NCBI RefSeq assembly: GCF_964355755.1
Contig: NC_092673.1
Location: forward strand, 10,698,948 to 10,762,947
Origin: Antedon mediterranea
Lineage: Eukaryota > Animalia > Echinodermata
Reading direction: 5' to 3'
Length of the DNA stretch: 64,000 bases
In this document: piece by piece, positions 48,480 to 61,830 of the stretch
How the letters are laid out: each line of letters starts with the position of its first letter
Position numbering within the stretch: position 1 is the first letter of the stretch
Program-made: the position numbers and the translations under genes
Notes under the pieces: generated by a model
The model's input: the letters and a program-made list of their open reading frames with translations, nothing else
Database searches by the model: none
What the model was told of the DNA's origin: nothing

Positions 48480-49890
48480 GGCAAGTTAGCTCAGACGACG
48501 TGTTGACAACACGTATGTCGTGGGTTCGATTCCCACGCTGATCGGTGGAATAGAGGTAAAGGTATCCGACCAACTGTGTTTGGGGTTCACAGAATTTACG
48601 TCCCCCTTTCCACCACACATCTTGAGAAGGCACTAGCAATGCATCTGGTGATGATGTGGTGGAAACGACCCCAAGGCCGTGACAGGGCTTTAGTGCTGAG
48701 GCATGGAGAGCACATTTTTAAATTTTTTTTTGGCTTTCGCTACATGTATTTGATCTCGTAAATTTTATGTTTAGCGCTCTCAATGTAATGTAAAAAGAAA
48801 TTAATTTATCTTCGTTACGTGTTTAGAAGGGAATGTATTTCTCACCGTAGTTTGGTATGCCGTTTGTTATTATGCAAATGAGTTTTTGCCGGTGTAGTGG
48901 GAAAGATGGTATTTTTAGTAATTCGCGGTCAACACGCCACACTGTTGAATTTTGATTTTGTTAATCAATGTTGCTACATTGGTAGCGAAATGTCCGATTC
49001 ATGCAAGATATTGTATTGTAATATGTTATGAATAAACATTTATGGATGGTAGTTGGTGTGTATGGCCGCACCGTCCAAGAATAAACATGTTTTAAACAGA
49101 TAATTTGTCTCCGATGATTTTTGTATGGGGTTAATGGAGAGTGAAATAGATCAAATATAGAAAATTTGCAAAGATACCGATATCCAGACTGATTTCGAAA
49201 CTTAGACTAATTCCGCCGCCGGGTTAGGCCTTAGGCATATACGAAGTCGAGTTTTTAAAGTAGAAAACTCTACCTAAACTTTTGAATTCGCATCTGGATA
49301 GTTGAATTTTTAACAAATATCATAAATATCATAGGTGATTATGTATGGTAATAAGTATAAGTATAAGTGCAATTCTGGGCTCTATTTTCATTATTAGCTC
49401 TGCCCCAAACATGGTGGTCTAGTAGGCCTACTGGAGACCTAATATTTAATTTCATATTTCAATGAATAGGTGCACTTTCCGGGGACAAGCTCTATTGTCC
49501 TTGATAGTCTTATATATTTTGTTTCATATAATTTCAAATCATGTAAAGTACCATTTTCAGGCGGGAGTCTGTGCAACTCTATTTTTTTTAATTTTAAACA
49601 GTATGGTATGCCGTCGTGGTTGTTATGCAAATGAGCTTGTGCACGTGTATTATGGGGAAGATAATGTTAATCATTCGCGGTTAACACGCCACACTGTTAA
49701 ATTTTGATGCTGTTAATATTTACATTAGAATATTGTTCAAATCATGTAAATAAAACATTTTCCGGGCGGGAACCCAGCAGCTCTCGAAAAGAACTCCAGG
49801 TGGAAAAGAAGCTCACCAATGAGTACTGAATATGAAGGAGCACATTGGCTTCTTTTGGAGGCTTTATGGCAGTCATTTTACATGTATTTC
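48480..49890 (+). repeat. ~1.3-kb interspersed block, copy 5
   Basis: Near-identical to copy 4. Confidence 0.9.
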
Positions 49891-52606
49891 ATTTCAAAAA
49901 CAATATTTATTTTCAATTTAAAAAAAAAGAAAAAAAACATTCCTAGAGGTTCGAACCCACTACTAAGAGAACTCAAACCTGAGCATTACCGGTTACGCCA
50001 CAAAAAAGTAGATGAGTGAAGAGCTGATAATAGTCTATTTATATGAAATGAATGATCCATCAATGTAAAATGATGTTATGCAACTTTGTTTCTGATTTAA
50101 AAAAAGGTCCACTTGGTTAGGCTTGACATTTAAAACCATAAAAATATCTCACTTTCAAAAACAATATTTATTTTCAAATAAAAAAAAAAGACAAAAAATA
50201 CCCGTATTGGTTCGAACCCTCTACTGAGAGCACTCAAACCTGAGCATTACCCGTTGCGCCACAAACCAGTAGATGACTGAGGAGCTGATAATAGTCTATA
50301 TATATTAAATGAATGATCAATCAATGAAAAATAATGCCATGCAACTTTGTTTCTGATTTTAAAAAAGGTCCACTTGTTTAGGCCTGACATTTACAACCCT
50401 CAAAATATCTTACTTTCAAAAACCATATTTATTTTCAATTTAAAAAAAAAAGAAAAAAAATATCCCTAGAGGTTCGACCCACTGCTCAGAGCACTCAAAC
50501 CTGAGCATTACCCGTTACGCCACAAACCAGTATATGACTGAAGAGCTGATAATAGTCTATTTATATGAAATGGATGATCAATCAATGAAAAATAATGCCA
50601 TGCAACTTTGTTTCTGATTTAAAAAAAGGTTCACTTGTTTAGGCCTGACAGTTGCAACCCTCAAAATATTTCACTTTCAAAAACAATATTTATTTTGAAT
50701 TAAAAAAAGAAGAAAAAAAATACCCGTATAGGTTCGAACCCACTACTGAGAGCACTCAAACCTGAGCATTACCCATTTCACCACAAACCAGTAGATGACT
50801 GAGGAGCTGATAATAGTCTATATATATGAAATAAATGATCAATCAATGAAAAATAATGCCATGCAACTTTGTTTCTGATTTTTAAAAAAGGTTCACTTGT
50901 TTAGGCCTGACAGTTGCAACCCTCAAAATATCTCACTTTCAAAAACAATATTTATTTTCAATTAAAAAAAAAAGAAAAAGAATTCCCGTATATGTTCGAA
51001 GCCACTACTGAGAGCACTCAAACATGAGCATTACCCGTTACGCCACAAACCAGTAGATGACTGAGGAGCTGATAATAATCTATATATATGAAATGAATGA
51101 TCAATCAATGAAAAATAATGCCATGCAACTTTGTTTCTGATTTTAAAGAAGGTCCACTTGTTTAGGCCTGACATTTACAACCCTCAAAATATCTCACTTT
51201 CAAAAACCATATTTATTTTCAATTTAAAAAAAAATAAAAAAAAAATCCCTAGAGGTTCGCACCCACTACTCAGAGCACTCAAACCTGAGCATTACCTGTT
51301 ACGCCACAAACCAGTAGATGACTGAAGAGCTGATAATAGTCTATTTATATGAAATGAATGATCAATCAATGAAAAATAATGCCATGCAACTTTGTTTCTG
51401 ATTTTAAAAAAGATCCATTTGTTTAGGCCTGACATTCACAACCCTAAAAAATATCTCATTTTCAAAAAAAATATTTATTTTCAATAAGAAAAAAAAAAGC
51501 AATATCCCTAGAGGTTGGAAGCCGGTACTGAGAGCACTCAAACCTGAGTATTACCTGTTACGCCACAAACCAGTAGATAACTGAAGAGCTGATAATAGTC
51601 TATTTATATGAAATGAATGATCAATGAAAAATAATGTTAGCAACTTTGTTTCTGATTTTAAAAAAAATCCATTTGTTTAGGCCTGACATTCACAACCCTA
51701 AAAATATCTCATTTTCCAAAAAAATATTTATTTTCAATAAAAAAAAAAAGCAATATCCCTAGAGGTTGGAAGCCGGTACTGAGAGCACTCAAACCTGAGT
51801 ATTACCTGTTACGCCACAAACCAGTAGATAACTGAAGAGCTGATAATAGTCTTTTTATATGAAATGATCAATCAATGAAAAATAATGCCATGCAACTTTG
51901 TTTCTGATTTAAAAAAAGATCCATTTGTTTAGGCCTGACATTCACAACCCTAAAAAATATCTCATTTTCAAAAAAAATATTTATTTTCAATAAGAAAAAA
52001 AAAATCAATATCCCCAGAGGTTGGAACCCGCTACTGAGAGCATTCAAACCTGGGTATTACCCTTTATGCCACAAACCAGTAGATAACTGAAGAGCTGATA
52101 ATAGTCTATTTATATGAAATTAATGATCAATCAATGAAAAATAATGGCATGCAACTTTGTTTCTGATTTTAAAAAAGGTCCACTTGTTTAGGCCTGATAT
52201 TTAAAACCCTCAAAATATCTCACTTTCAAAAACAATATTTATTTTCAATTTAAAAAAAAAAGAAAAAAAATTCCCGTATATGTTCGAACCCACTACTGAG
52301 AGCACTCAAACCTGAGCATTATCCATTACGCCACAAACCAGTAGATGACTGAGGAGCTGATAATAGTCTATTTATATGAAATGAATGATCAATCAATGAA
52401 AAATAATGCCATGCAACTTTGTTTCTGATTTTAAAAAAAGGTTCATTTGTTTAGGCCTGACATTTACAACACTCAAAATATCTCACTTTCAAATACAATA
52501 TTTATTTTCAATTAAAAAAAAAGAAAAAAAATATCCCTAGAGGTTCGCACCCACTACTCAGAGCACTCAAACCTGAGCATTTCTTGTTACGCTACAAACC
52601 AGTAGA

Positions 52607-54845
52607 AAAAAACAGTAGAATTTCTAATACGGTCTTGCGAGAAAACTTCTAAATTTTGGGATGATGTGTTTTATTGGTTCAGGAAATTAGACATCACTAT
52701 TAGATTAAATTATATAGACATATGTTTTGGTATTTTTTTGAATATAAATATTCAACTTTTGTTAATATGATTTTACTTCTTGCTAAGAGATATATATATA
52801 ATTGCAAGATAAATGAAATTACTCTTAACTTCATTCACTTTAAAAGATATGGGTACTCTTTACAGAAACTGTGGAGAATAATATCGCAAAAATTAAAAAT
52901 AAATATAATGTCCATATTAAAAAATAGGAACCAGTATTAGAAAGAGATAACGACAATTGAATGAAATACACCCATAATCAACTGAAATAATTCATTGTAA
53001 CGCCTTAGTAAATTTGACAATTTATTTCTCTTATATTGTTTTGGTGAATTATGGATATGGGAAAAAGAATTTGACTTTGTAAACCAAATCAAGGTATAGG
53101 AGTAGATAATGCAAAACTTTGTAACTATTATTGTTAATATGTTATAATAACCTGGTTTAAACTAAGAAATGATTATGATGAGGTATGGTGATTTAATCAA
53201 ATATTATAATGTGACGTCCTCACACGTCTTTGATTTTCTTTCTTCTTTTCTGATCTTTTTAATGTTGATTGGAGTTTAATTTATAGGATGCCTTACGAAT
53301 TTACTCCTGACACTAAAACACAATTCCTGCAGTTCAGATTTATACATATAATTCTTCCCACAAATAAGTTACTGCACAGAATTGGCCTGGTTCAAGATGA
53401 TAAATATTCTATTTGTGGTAAGGAAAAAAACAAAAAAACAGTAGAATTTGTAATACGGTCTTGCGAGAAAACTTCTAAATTGTGGGATGATGTGTTTTAT
53501 TGGTTCAGGAAATTAGACATCACTATTAGATTAAATTATACAGACATATGTTTTGGTATTTTTTGAATATAAATATTCAACTTTTGTTAATATGATTTTA
53601 CTTCTTGCTAAGAGATATATATATAATGCAAGATAAATGAAATTCCTCTTAACTTCATTCACTTTAAAAGATAGGTACTCTTTACAGAAACTGTGGAGAA
53701 TAATATCGCAAAAATTAAAAATAAATAAATTGTCTATATTAAAAAATAGAAACCATTATTAGAAAGAGATAACGACAATTGAATGAAATACACCCATAAG
53801 CAACTGAAATAATTCATTATAACGCCTTGTAAATTTGACAATTTATTTCTCTTATATGGTTTTGGTGAATGTTGGATATGGGAAAAAGAATTTGACTTTG
53901 TAAACCAAATCAAGGTATAGGAGTTGATAATGCAAAACTTTGTAACTATTATTGTTAATATGTTAATAATAGCCTGGTTTAAACTAAGAAATGATTATGA
54001 TGAGGTATGGTGATTTAATCAAATATTATAATGTGACGTCCTCACACATCTTTGATTTTCTTTCTTCTTTTCTGATCATTTTAATGTTGATTGGAGTTTA
54101 ATTTATAGGATGCCTTACGAATGTACTCCTGACACTAAAACACGATTCCTGCAGTTCAGATTTAAACATATAATTCTTCCCACAAATAAGTTACCGCACA
54201 GAATTGGCGTGGTTCAAGATGATAAATATTCTATTTGTAGTAAGGAAAAAAAAACAGTAGAATATCTAATATGGTCCGGCGAGAAAACTTCTAAATTGTG
54301 GGACGATGTGTTTTATTGGTTCAGGAAATTAGACATCCGTTTTAAAATAGATTATATAGACATAATTATGCTTTGGTATTTTTTTTAATACAAATTTACA
54401 ATTTTATTAACATGTTTTTCTTTTTAATTTCTTACTAAGAGATATATGCAATGCAAGATTTATAAAAGTCCTCTTAACTTCAATCACGTTAAGGACTGGG
54501 TACTTTTTACAGAAACTGTGGAGAATAATATTGCAAAAAATTGAAATAAGTATAATGTCCATATCAAAAACGTATTGTAAACTAAATTAAGGAATAAGAG
54601 TTGAAAATGCAAAACTTGGTAATCATTATTGACACGGGGTTATTATAGCCTGGTTTAACTTAAGAAATGATTATGATGAGGTGTTTGTGGTATATCAAAC
54701 ATTGAAAGAGATACTGAAAATAGAGAATGACGATTGAGATAATGTGACGTCCTCAAACGTCTTTGGTTTTCCTTTTTGTTTCGTTCTGTTGAGTGTAATG
54801 TTTTTGATAAAAGGAGAAAATAAAAGTTATTGAAAAAAAAACAAA
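52607..54845 (+). mobile_element. L1/Tx1-derived retroposed insertion made of ~2.7 tandem ~825-bp 3'-end units
   Basis: zf-RVT-like decayed ORF2 end (FLQFRFIHIILPTNKLLHRIG..ICGKE..TVE..SCEKTSKLW; NMILLLAKRYIYNCK); AATAAA plus A tail; 13-bp TSD ACAAACCAGTAGA (52594-52606 / 54846-54858). Confidence 0.85.
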
Positions 54846-56163
54846 ACAAACCAGTAGATGACTGAAGAGCTGATATTAGTCTATTTATATGAAATGGATG
54901 ATCAATCAATGAAAAATAATGCCATGCAACTTTGTTTCTGATTTCAATTAAGGTTCACTTGTTTAGGTCTGACAGTTGCAACCCTCAAAATATTTCACTT
55001 TCAAAAACAATATTTATTTTCAATAAAAAAAAAAAGAAAAAAAATACCTGTATAGGTTCGAACCCACTACTGAGAGCACTCAAACCTGAGCATTACCCGT
55101 TACGCCACAAACCAGTAGATGACTGAGGAGCTGATAATAGTCTATATATATGAAATGAATGATCAATCAATGAAAAATAATGCCATCCAACTTTGTTTCT
55201 GATTTTAAAAAAGGTCCACTTGTTTAGGCCTGACATTTACAACCCTAAAAATATCTCATTTTAAAAACCATATTTATTTTCAATTAAAAAAAAAAAGAAA
55301 AAAATATTCCTAGAGGTTCGAACCCACTACTGAGAGAACTCAAACCTGAGCATTAGCGGTTAGGCCACAAACCAGTAGATGAGTGAAGAGCTGATAATAG
55401 TCTATTTATATGAAATGAATGATCCATCAATGTAAAATGATGTTATGCAACTTTGTTTCTGATTTAAAAAAAGGTCCACTTGGTTAGGCTTGACATTTAA
55501 AACCATAAAAATATCTCAATTTCAAAAACAATATTTATTTTCAAATAAAAAAAAAAAGAAAAAAAGTATCCCTAGAAGTTCGAACCCACTATTGAAGTCA
55601 CTCAAACCTGAGCATTACCCGTTACGCCGCAAACCAGTATATGACTGGAGAGCTGATAATAGTCTATTTATATGAAATGGATTATCAATCAATGAAAAAT
55701 AATGCCATGCAACCTTGTTTCTGATTTCAAAAAAGGTTCACTTGTTTAGGCCTGACAGTTGCAACCCTCAAAATATCTCACTTTCAAAAACAATATTTAT
55801 TTTCAATTAAAAAAAAAAGAAAAAAATACCCGTATAGGTTCGAACCCACTACTGAGAGCACTCAAACCTGTGCATTATCCGTTACGCCACAAACCAGTAG
55901 ATGACTGAGGAGCTGATAACAGTCTATATATATGAAATGAATGATCAATCAATGAAAAATAATGCCATGCAACTTTGTTTCTGATTTTAAAAAAGGTCCA
56001 CTTGTTTAGGCCTGACATTTACAACCCTCAAAATATCTCACTTTCAAAAACCATATTTATTTTCAATTTAAAAAAAAAAGAAAAAAAATATCCCTAGAGG
56101 TTCGCACCCACTACTCAGAGCACTCAAACCTGAGCATTTCCCGTTACGCCACAAACTAGTAGA
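54846..56163 (-). repeat. ~260-bp tRNA-like satellite (5 monomers)
   Basis: Typical monomers between the two L1/Tx1 insertions. Confidence 0.95.
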
Positions 56164-58402
56164 AAAAAAACAGTAGAATTTCTAATACGGTCTTGCGAGA
56201 AAACTTCTAAATTGTGGGATGATGTGTTTTATTGGTTCAGGAAATTAGACATCACTATTAGATTAAATTATATAGACATATGTTTTGGTATTTTTTGAAT
56301 ATAAATATTCAACTTTTGTTAATATGATTTTACTTCTTGCTAAGAGATATATATATAATGCAAGATAAATGAAATTCCTCTTAACTTCATTCACTTTAAA
56401 AGATAGGTACTCTTTACAGAAACTGTGGAGAATAATATCGCAAAAATTAAAAATAAATATAATGTCCATATTAAAAAATAGGAACCAGTATTAGAAAGAG
56501 ATAACGACAATTGAATGAAATACACCCATAAGCAACTGAAATAATTCATTGTAACGCCTTAGTAAATTTGACAATTTATTTCTCTTATATTGTTTTGGTG
56601 AATTATGGATATGGGAAAAAGAATTTGACTTTGTAAACCAAATCAAGGTATAGGAGTAGATAATGCAAAACTTTGTAACTATTATTGTTAATATGTTATA
56701 ATAACCTGGTTTAAACTAAGAAATGATTATGATGAGGTATGGTGATTTAATCAAATATTATAATGTGACGTCCTCACACGTCTTTGATTTTCTTTCTTCT
56801 TTTCTGATCTTTTTAATGTTGATTGGAGTTTAATTTATAGGATGCCTTACGAATTTACTCCTGACACTAAAACACAATTCCTGCAGTTCAGATTTATACA
56901 TATAATTCTTCCCACAAATAAGTTACTGCACAGAATTGGCCTGGTTCAAGATGATAAATATTCTATTTGTGGTAAGGAAAAAAACAAAAAAACAGTAGAA
57001 TTTGTAATACGGTCTTGCGAGAAAACTTCTAAATTGTGGGATGATGTGTTTTATTGGTTCAGGAAATTAGACATCACTATTAGATTAAATTATACAGACA
57101 TATGTTTTGGTATTTTTTGAATATAAATATTCAACTTTTGTTAATATGATTTTACTTCTTGCTAAGAGATATATATATATAATGCAAGATAAATGAAATT
57201 CCTCTTAACTTCATTCACTTTAAAAGATAGATACTCTTTACAGAAACTGTGGAGAATAATATCGCAAAAATTAAAAATAAATAAATTGTCCATATTAAAA
57301 AATAGAAACCATTATTAGTAAGAGATAACGACAATTGAATGAAATACACCCATAAGCAACTGAAATAATTCATTATAACGCCTTGTAAATTTGACAATTT
57401 ATTTCTCTTATATGGTTTTGGTGAATGTTGGATATGGGAAAAAGAATTTGACTTTGTAAACCAAATCAAGGTATAGGAGTTGATAATGCAAAACTTTGTA
57501 ACTATTATTGTTAATATGTTAATAATAGCCTGGTTTAAACTAAGAAATGATTATGATGAGGTATGGTGATTTAATCAAATATTATAATGTGACGTCCTCA
57601 CACATATTTGATTTTCTTTCTTCTTTTCTGATCTTTTTAATGTTGATTGGAGTTTAATTTATAGGATGCCTTATGAATGTACTCCTGACACTAAAACCCG
57701 ATTCCTACAGTTCAGATTTAAACATATAATTCTTCCCACAAATAAGTTACCGCACAGAATTGGCCTGGTTCAAGATGATAAATATTCTATTTGTAGTAAG
57801 GAAAAAAAAAACAGTAGAATATCTAATATGGTCCTGCGAGAAAACTTCTAAATTGTGGGACGATGTGTTTTATTGGTTCAGGAAATTAGACATCCGTTTT
57901 AAAATAGATTATATAGACATAATTATGCTTTGGTATTTTTTTTAATACAAATTTACAATTTTATTAACATGTTTTTCTTTTTAATTTCTTACTAAGAGAT
58001 ATATGCAGTGCAAGATTTATAAAAGTCCTCTTAACTTCAATCACGTTAAGGACTGGGTACTTTTTACAGAAACTGTGGAGAATAATATTGCAAAAAATTG
58101 AAATAAGTATAATGTCCATATCAAAAACGTATTGTAAACTAAATTAAGGAATAAGAGTTGAAAATGCAAAACTTGGTAATCATTATTGACACGGGGTTAT
58201 TATAGCCTGGTTTAACTTAAGAAATGATTATGATGAGGTGTTTGTGGTATATCAAACATTGAAAGAGATAATGAAAAAAGAGAATGACGATTGAGATAAT
58301 GTGACGTCCTCAAACGTCTTTGGTTTTCCTTTTTGTTTCGTTCTGTTGAGTGTAATGTTTTTGATAAAAGGAGAAAATAAAAGTTATTGAAAAAAAACCA
58401 AA
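56164..58402 (+). mobile_element. Second copy of the L1/Tx1-derived insertion (segmental duplicate, ~3555-bp period)
   Basis: Identical 92-aa ORFs at 53288 and 56842; same junctions and TSD. Confidence 0.85.
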
Positions 58403-58777
58403 ACAAACCAGTAGATGACTGAAGAGCTGATATTAGTCTATTTATATGAAATGGATGATCAATCAATGAAAAATAATGCCATGCAACTTTGTTTCTGATT
58501 TCAAAAAAGGTTCACTTGTTTAGGTCTGACAGTTGCAACCCTCAAAATATTTCACTTTCAAAAACAATATTCATTTTCAATTAAAAAAAAAAGAAAAAAA
58601 ATACCTGTATAGGTTCGAACCCACTACTGAGAGCACTCAAACCTGAGCATTACCCGTTACGCCACAAACCAGTAGATGACTGAGGAGCTGATAATAGTCT
58701 ATATATATGAAATGAATGATCAATCAATGAAAAATAATGCCATCCAACTTTGTTTCTGATTTTAAAAAAGGTCCACT

Positions 58778-61700
58778 TAGGCCATAAGCAGTAAATTCTA
58801 ACGTTTCATCTCGTTCCGATGTCATGGATCTACAATTTCTTTACATATTTAGAATAATAATTTTATAAATAACAACATATCAAAAGTTCTCCATAATCGT
58901 GTTAGACAATTTTGAGAAATTACTGTTTTATTTTGGTACTTTATTTTAATATACACCGCGTGAGTGATTTGGTCGGGCCGAACGTTACACGTTCAAATTA
59001 TCCGCAACGTCTTAAAAACTTTACCACGTGATCGTATTTCACCAATCATGCTCTGTTTACAGATGAGGGGAATCCCCAAAACTCACACACGGCAACGTCA
59101 CACGTGGACAAAAATATTCAATCATGATGAATGGAGCTAGACGTGGAGGAAAATTTGTTTGATTCCCCACCGAACAAATGCTACTGTAAACGAAGAAATG
59201 ATGCATCTTATGATCATCCTATTGTATTGAAATAGTCTCCTGCTCATATAAGAAATGGGATTTTTAGAATGTTACCACTTAAACCAGTGTGCTATATTAA
59301 TAATATTCGTACAGAAAGGCTAGGCTAGCTAGCTACGTCTTTAGGCTCTAGCCTAAAGGCTTAAGTTAAGGTAGCACACTGGCCTAGGTCTGGAGGTGTA
59401 TACTAGGCTACTCTCAAGATAGCATAGGCTAGGTAGGCCCAGCAGCAGCACAGTACAGTTAGGCCTGCTACTAAACTATAACTTAATGTGCTATTATTAA
59501 GTTAAAACGGCGACAAACGGAATACAAAGACACAGGTGAGGATAGCATAATTTTAGTACATTTTGAGCAAACATAATAAATACACATTAAAATTAATATA
59601 TTATTATTTATTATTATTAATAATTACAATTGTTTGAAATAATTAATTTGGTCTGGCCTAGAGTAAGCAGGCTTTCCCTATACTGTACCTAGGCTATCCT
59701 ATTTAGTATTATGCATTCATTTTGATGGCCTGGTCCGAAGACTAGGCCTAGGCCTAGTATTCATACATCAGCCCGGTATTATTTTTATTTATAAATGCTT
59801 AATTTTAATTAAAAATAATTTATTTCATTTCAACTGTATCATTTCAATTCAATTTATATTCAATTATTTATGTCTAGGTTGTCTAGTGGAAAGGAGGCAC
59901 AAAAATGCTGAACACGTTCACTGATTCTGGTAAGTTTTGGATCCTTTTTTAATGTAGAGATGAGAAATGCCAAATGATTTATGTTTTGTTATAATTATAT
60001 ACAATAGTAGTAAAATTAGTAATGAAAGTTTAAAATAGTAATGAATGCAAGAAATAGCTGAAAAACATCCATTACTTTAAAAATGTTTTATATACCAGGT
60101 TGCATTGTCAATAAACACTATATAGTAATGGAAAGTGTGTGGTAGAGTAAGTAAAGTTGAAAATGTTTCAACATTTCTGTGTATGGTTTACCACAAATCT
60201 GAACTAATTTTCAAATATAAAACTAAAAAGATTCATTGTAATTTAATAATATTCAGTTTAACTAAAATATTAAGTAATCGATATAAATTAGATAATCTAT
60301 TCTTGATTATTTGTTACAGAAATGATACCAACTTCAAAACAATAAGTATATTTGCTATTTCCATTGTACACTGGCCATGCCGCACCTGAAATTGACAACT
60401 TTTCTACTTGACTACTAGTTATGCTGGTACAACGTATCTAGAGAAGAGTAGGATTATATACATTGTATATTGGGCAACGTGTAGGGTTGTAAAAAAACAC
60501 AAATCCAAAAGAAACAAAAAAAAAAATAAATGAAAATACATTACAAGGTATTTGTTGTATATTGTGTGTATATATGTCCATCTCATATCATTATCAATAA
60601 TAATAGTTCTCTCCACAAGACTTACATTCATGTTATCAATATAAAAACAGTAAAAATGGGCTGGCAGGCCTACTTATCTGGTGTTTCACAGAAAAAAATG
60701 GGTTGTTTTTATGGAAGCTCCTGGCCTAAATTGGCACTAAAAACTCCTAAAAAATGCAATATTTAAGTTACAATAAATAAGTTATTGCATAATCATTTAT
60801 TGTTTGTGTTGAAAATTTACTCAGATGTCACTAACCTACTAGCATACCCATTGCATGAATATAAATATTATTATGGCAAGTCATTTTCTAAGAAATCAAA
60901 AAACAAAAAACATCAAAATTATCTATAAAATTAGCAAATTCTCAGCTGGTGCAGTGCATCTTCCTATATAAAAAAAATCATCAAGCTGGTTTGAAAAGGT
61001 TGTTTATCAACCCTCTCGGGTAGTTGTACAGAAAAGGCATAGTATTTATTCAGGCGCCTTTTACAGTTTGAGTCGAGTTCACACAAAATTGGCACTAAAA
61101 ACAACAAAAATGCAATGTAAGTTACTATCATATTATTGCATAATAATTTCTTTTGTGTTGAAACTTCACTTGTGTGTCACTAACTCACTAGGATACCCAT
61201 TGCATGAATATAAATACATAGTGAGAGTTGATTATTAAAATATAACTGCTCAAAAAACGACTAAAAGATATTAAAATTATCTATAAAATTGGCCAAATCT
61301 CAGTTTTTGCATCTTCATAAATAAAACCTCCCTGAAGCTGACAAGCTGAAACTTTGAATCTTGTTTAACAACCCTCTCAAATAGTTGGGAAAAAAATATA
61401 AATATGATATGTCAATTAGTTACGAAGATATTGTGTCTTAAACATCTTGAAAAGTGCAATTACAACTAAATGATTGTAATTTTTCAGTTTTCCTCACATA
61501 CAAAATACTTATTTTTTAAATTTTAAATTTTGGATAAGTGTTCACAATATACTGGACTACTCACAGAGAAAAGACAATTGCATTTGGACAAAGACTTTTA
61601 AAGATATTGGCCCATAAAAGTACCTCCAGACCTCAAAAAGTGCCTTTTTTGCAGTAGTGGGGTACCTTTGAGAGGCCATTGCTCAAAAGTGTACAAGTAT

Positions 61701-61830
61701 TTCATGGAGAACTTTTGATATAGTATGTGTAACATATTCATTTCACAATATCAACTTTCAAAATGTAGATCCAAGAGGTGGGAACGAAATCCATGTTCTA
61801 GGCATCTTTTGAGCTACTGCTTATGGCCTA
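58778..61830. mobile_element. Non-autonomous Academ-like DNA transposon
   Basis: 16-bp perfect TIR TAGGCCATAAGCAGTA / TACTGCTTATGGCCTA; 3-bp TSD ACT in the satellite site GTCCACTTGTTT. TAG...CTA termini with 3-4 bp TSD are the Academ signature. No long ORF. Confidence 0.82.
60726..61390 (+). repeat. Diverged ~360-bp direct duplication inside the Academ-like element
   Basis: AAATTGGCACTAAAAAC, ATACCCATTGCATGAATATAAAT and AAAATTATCTATAAAATT each occur twice about 350-360 bp apart. Confidence 0.85.

Larger units (their letters stand above)
44301..52606 (-). repeat. ~260-bp tRNA-like satellite with two embedded 1.3-kb blocks
   Basis: Monomers at 44301-46341, 47751-48479, 49891-52606. Confidence 0.95.

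Noticed and set aside
55045-55114. Functional tRNA-Leu(GAG) genes in the satellite
   Set aside because: Acceptor and anticodon stems do not pair and the T stem is only partial.
55118-55175. Hammerhead ribozyme in the satellite (CTGA(A/G)GAG...GAAA)
   Set aside because: GAAA does not directly follow a stem II, stems I and III cannot be formed, and many monomers have GTGAAGAG.
59100-60766. Host gene or transposase ORFs inside the Academ-like element
   Set aside because: Only short low-complexity ORFs with no recognisable motifs.
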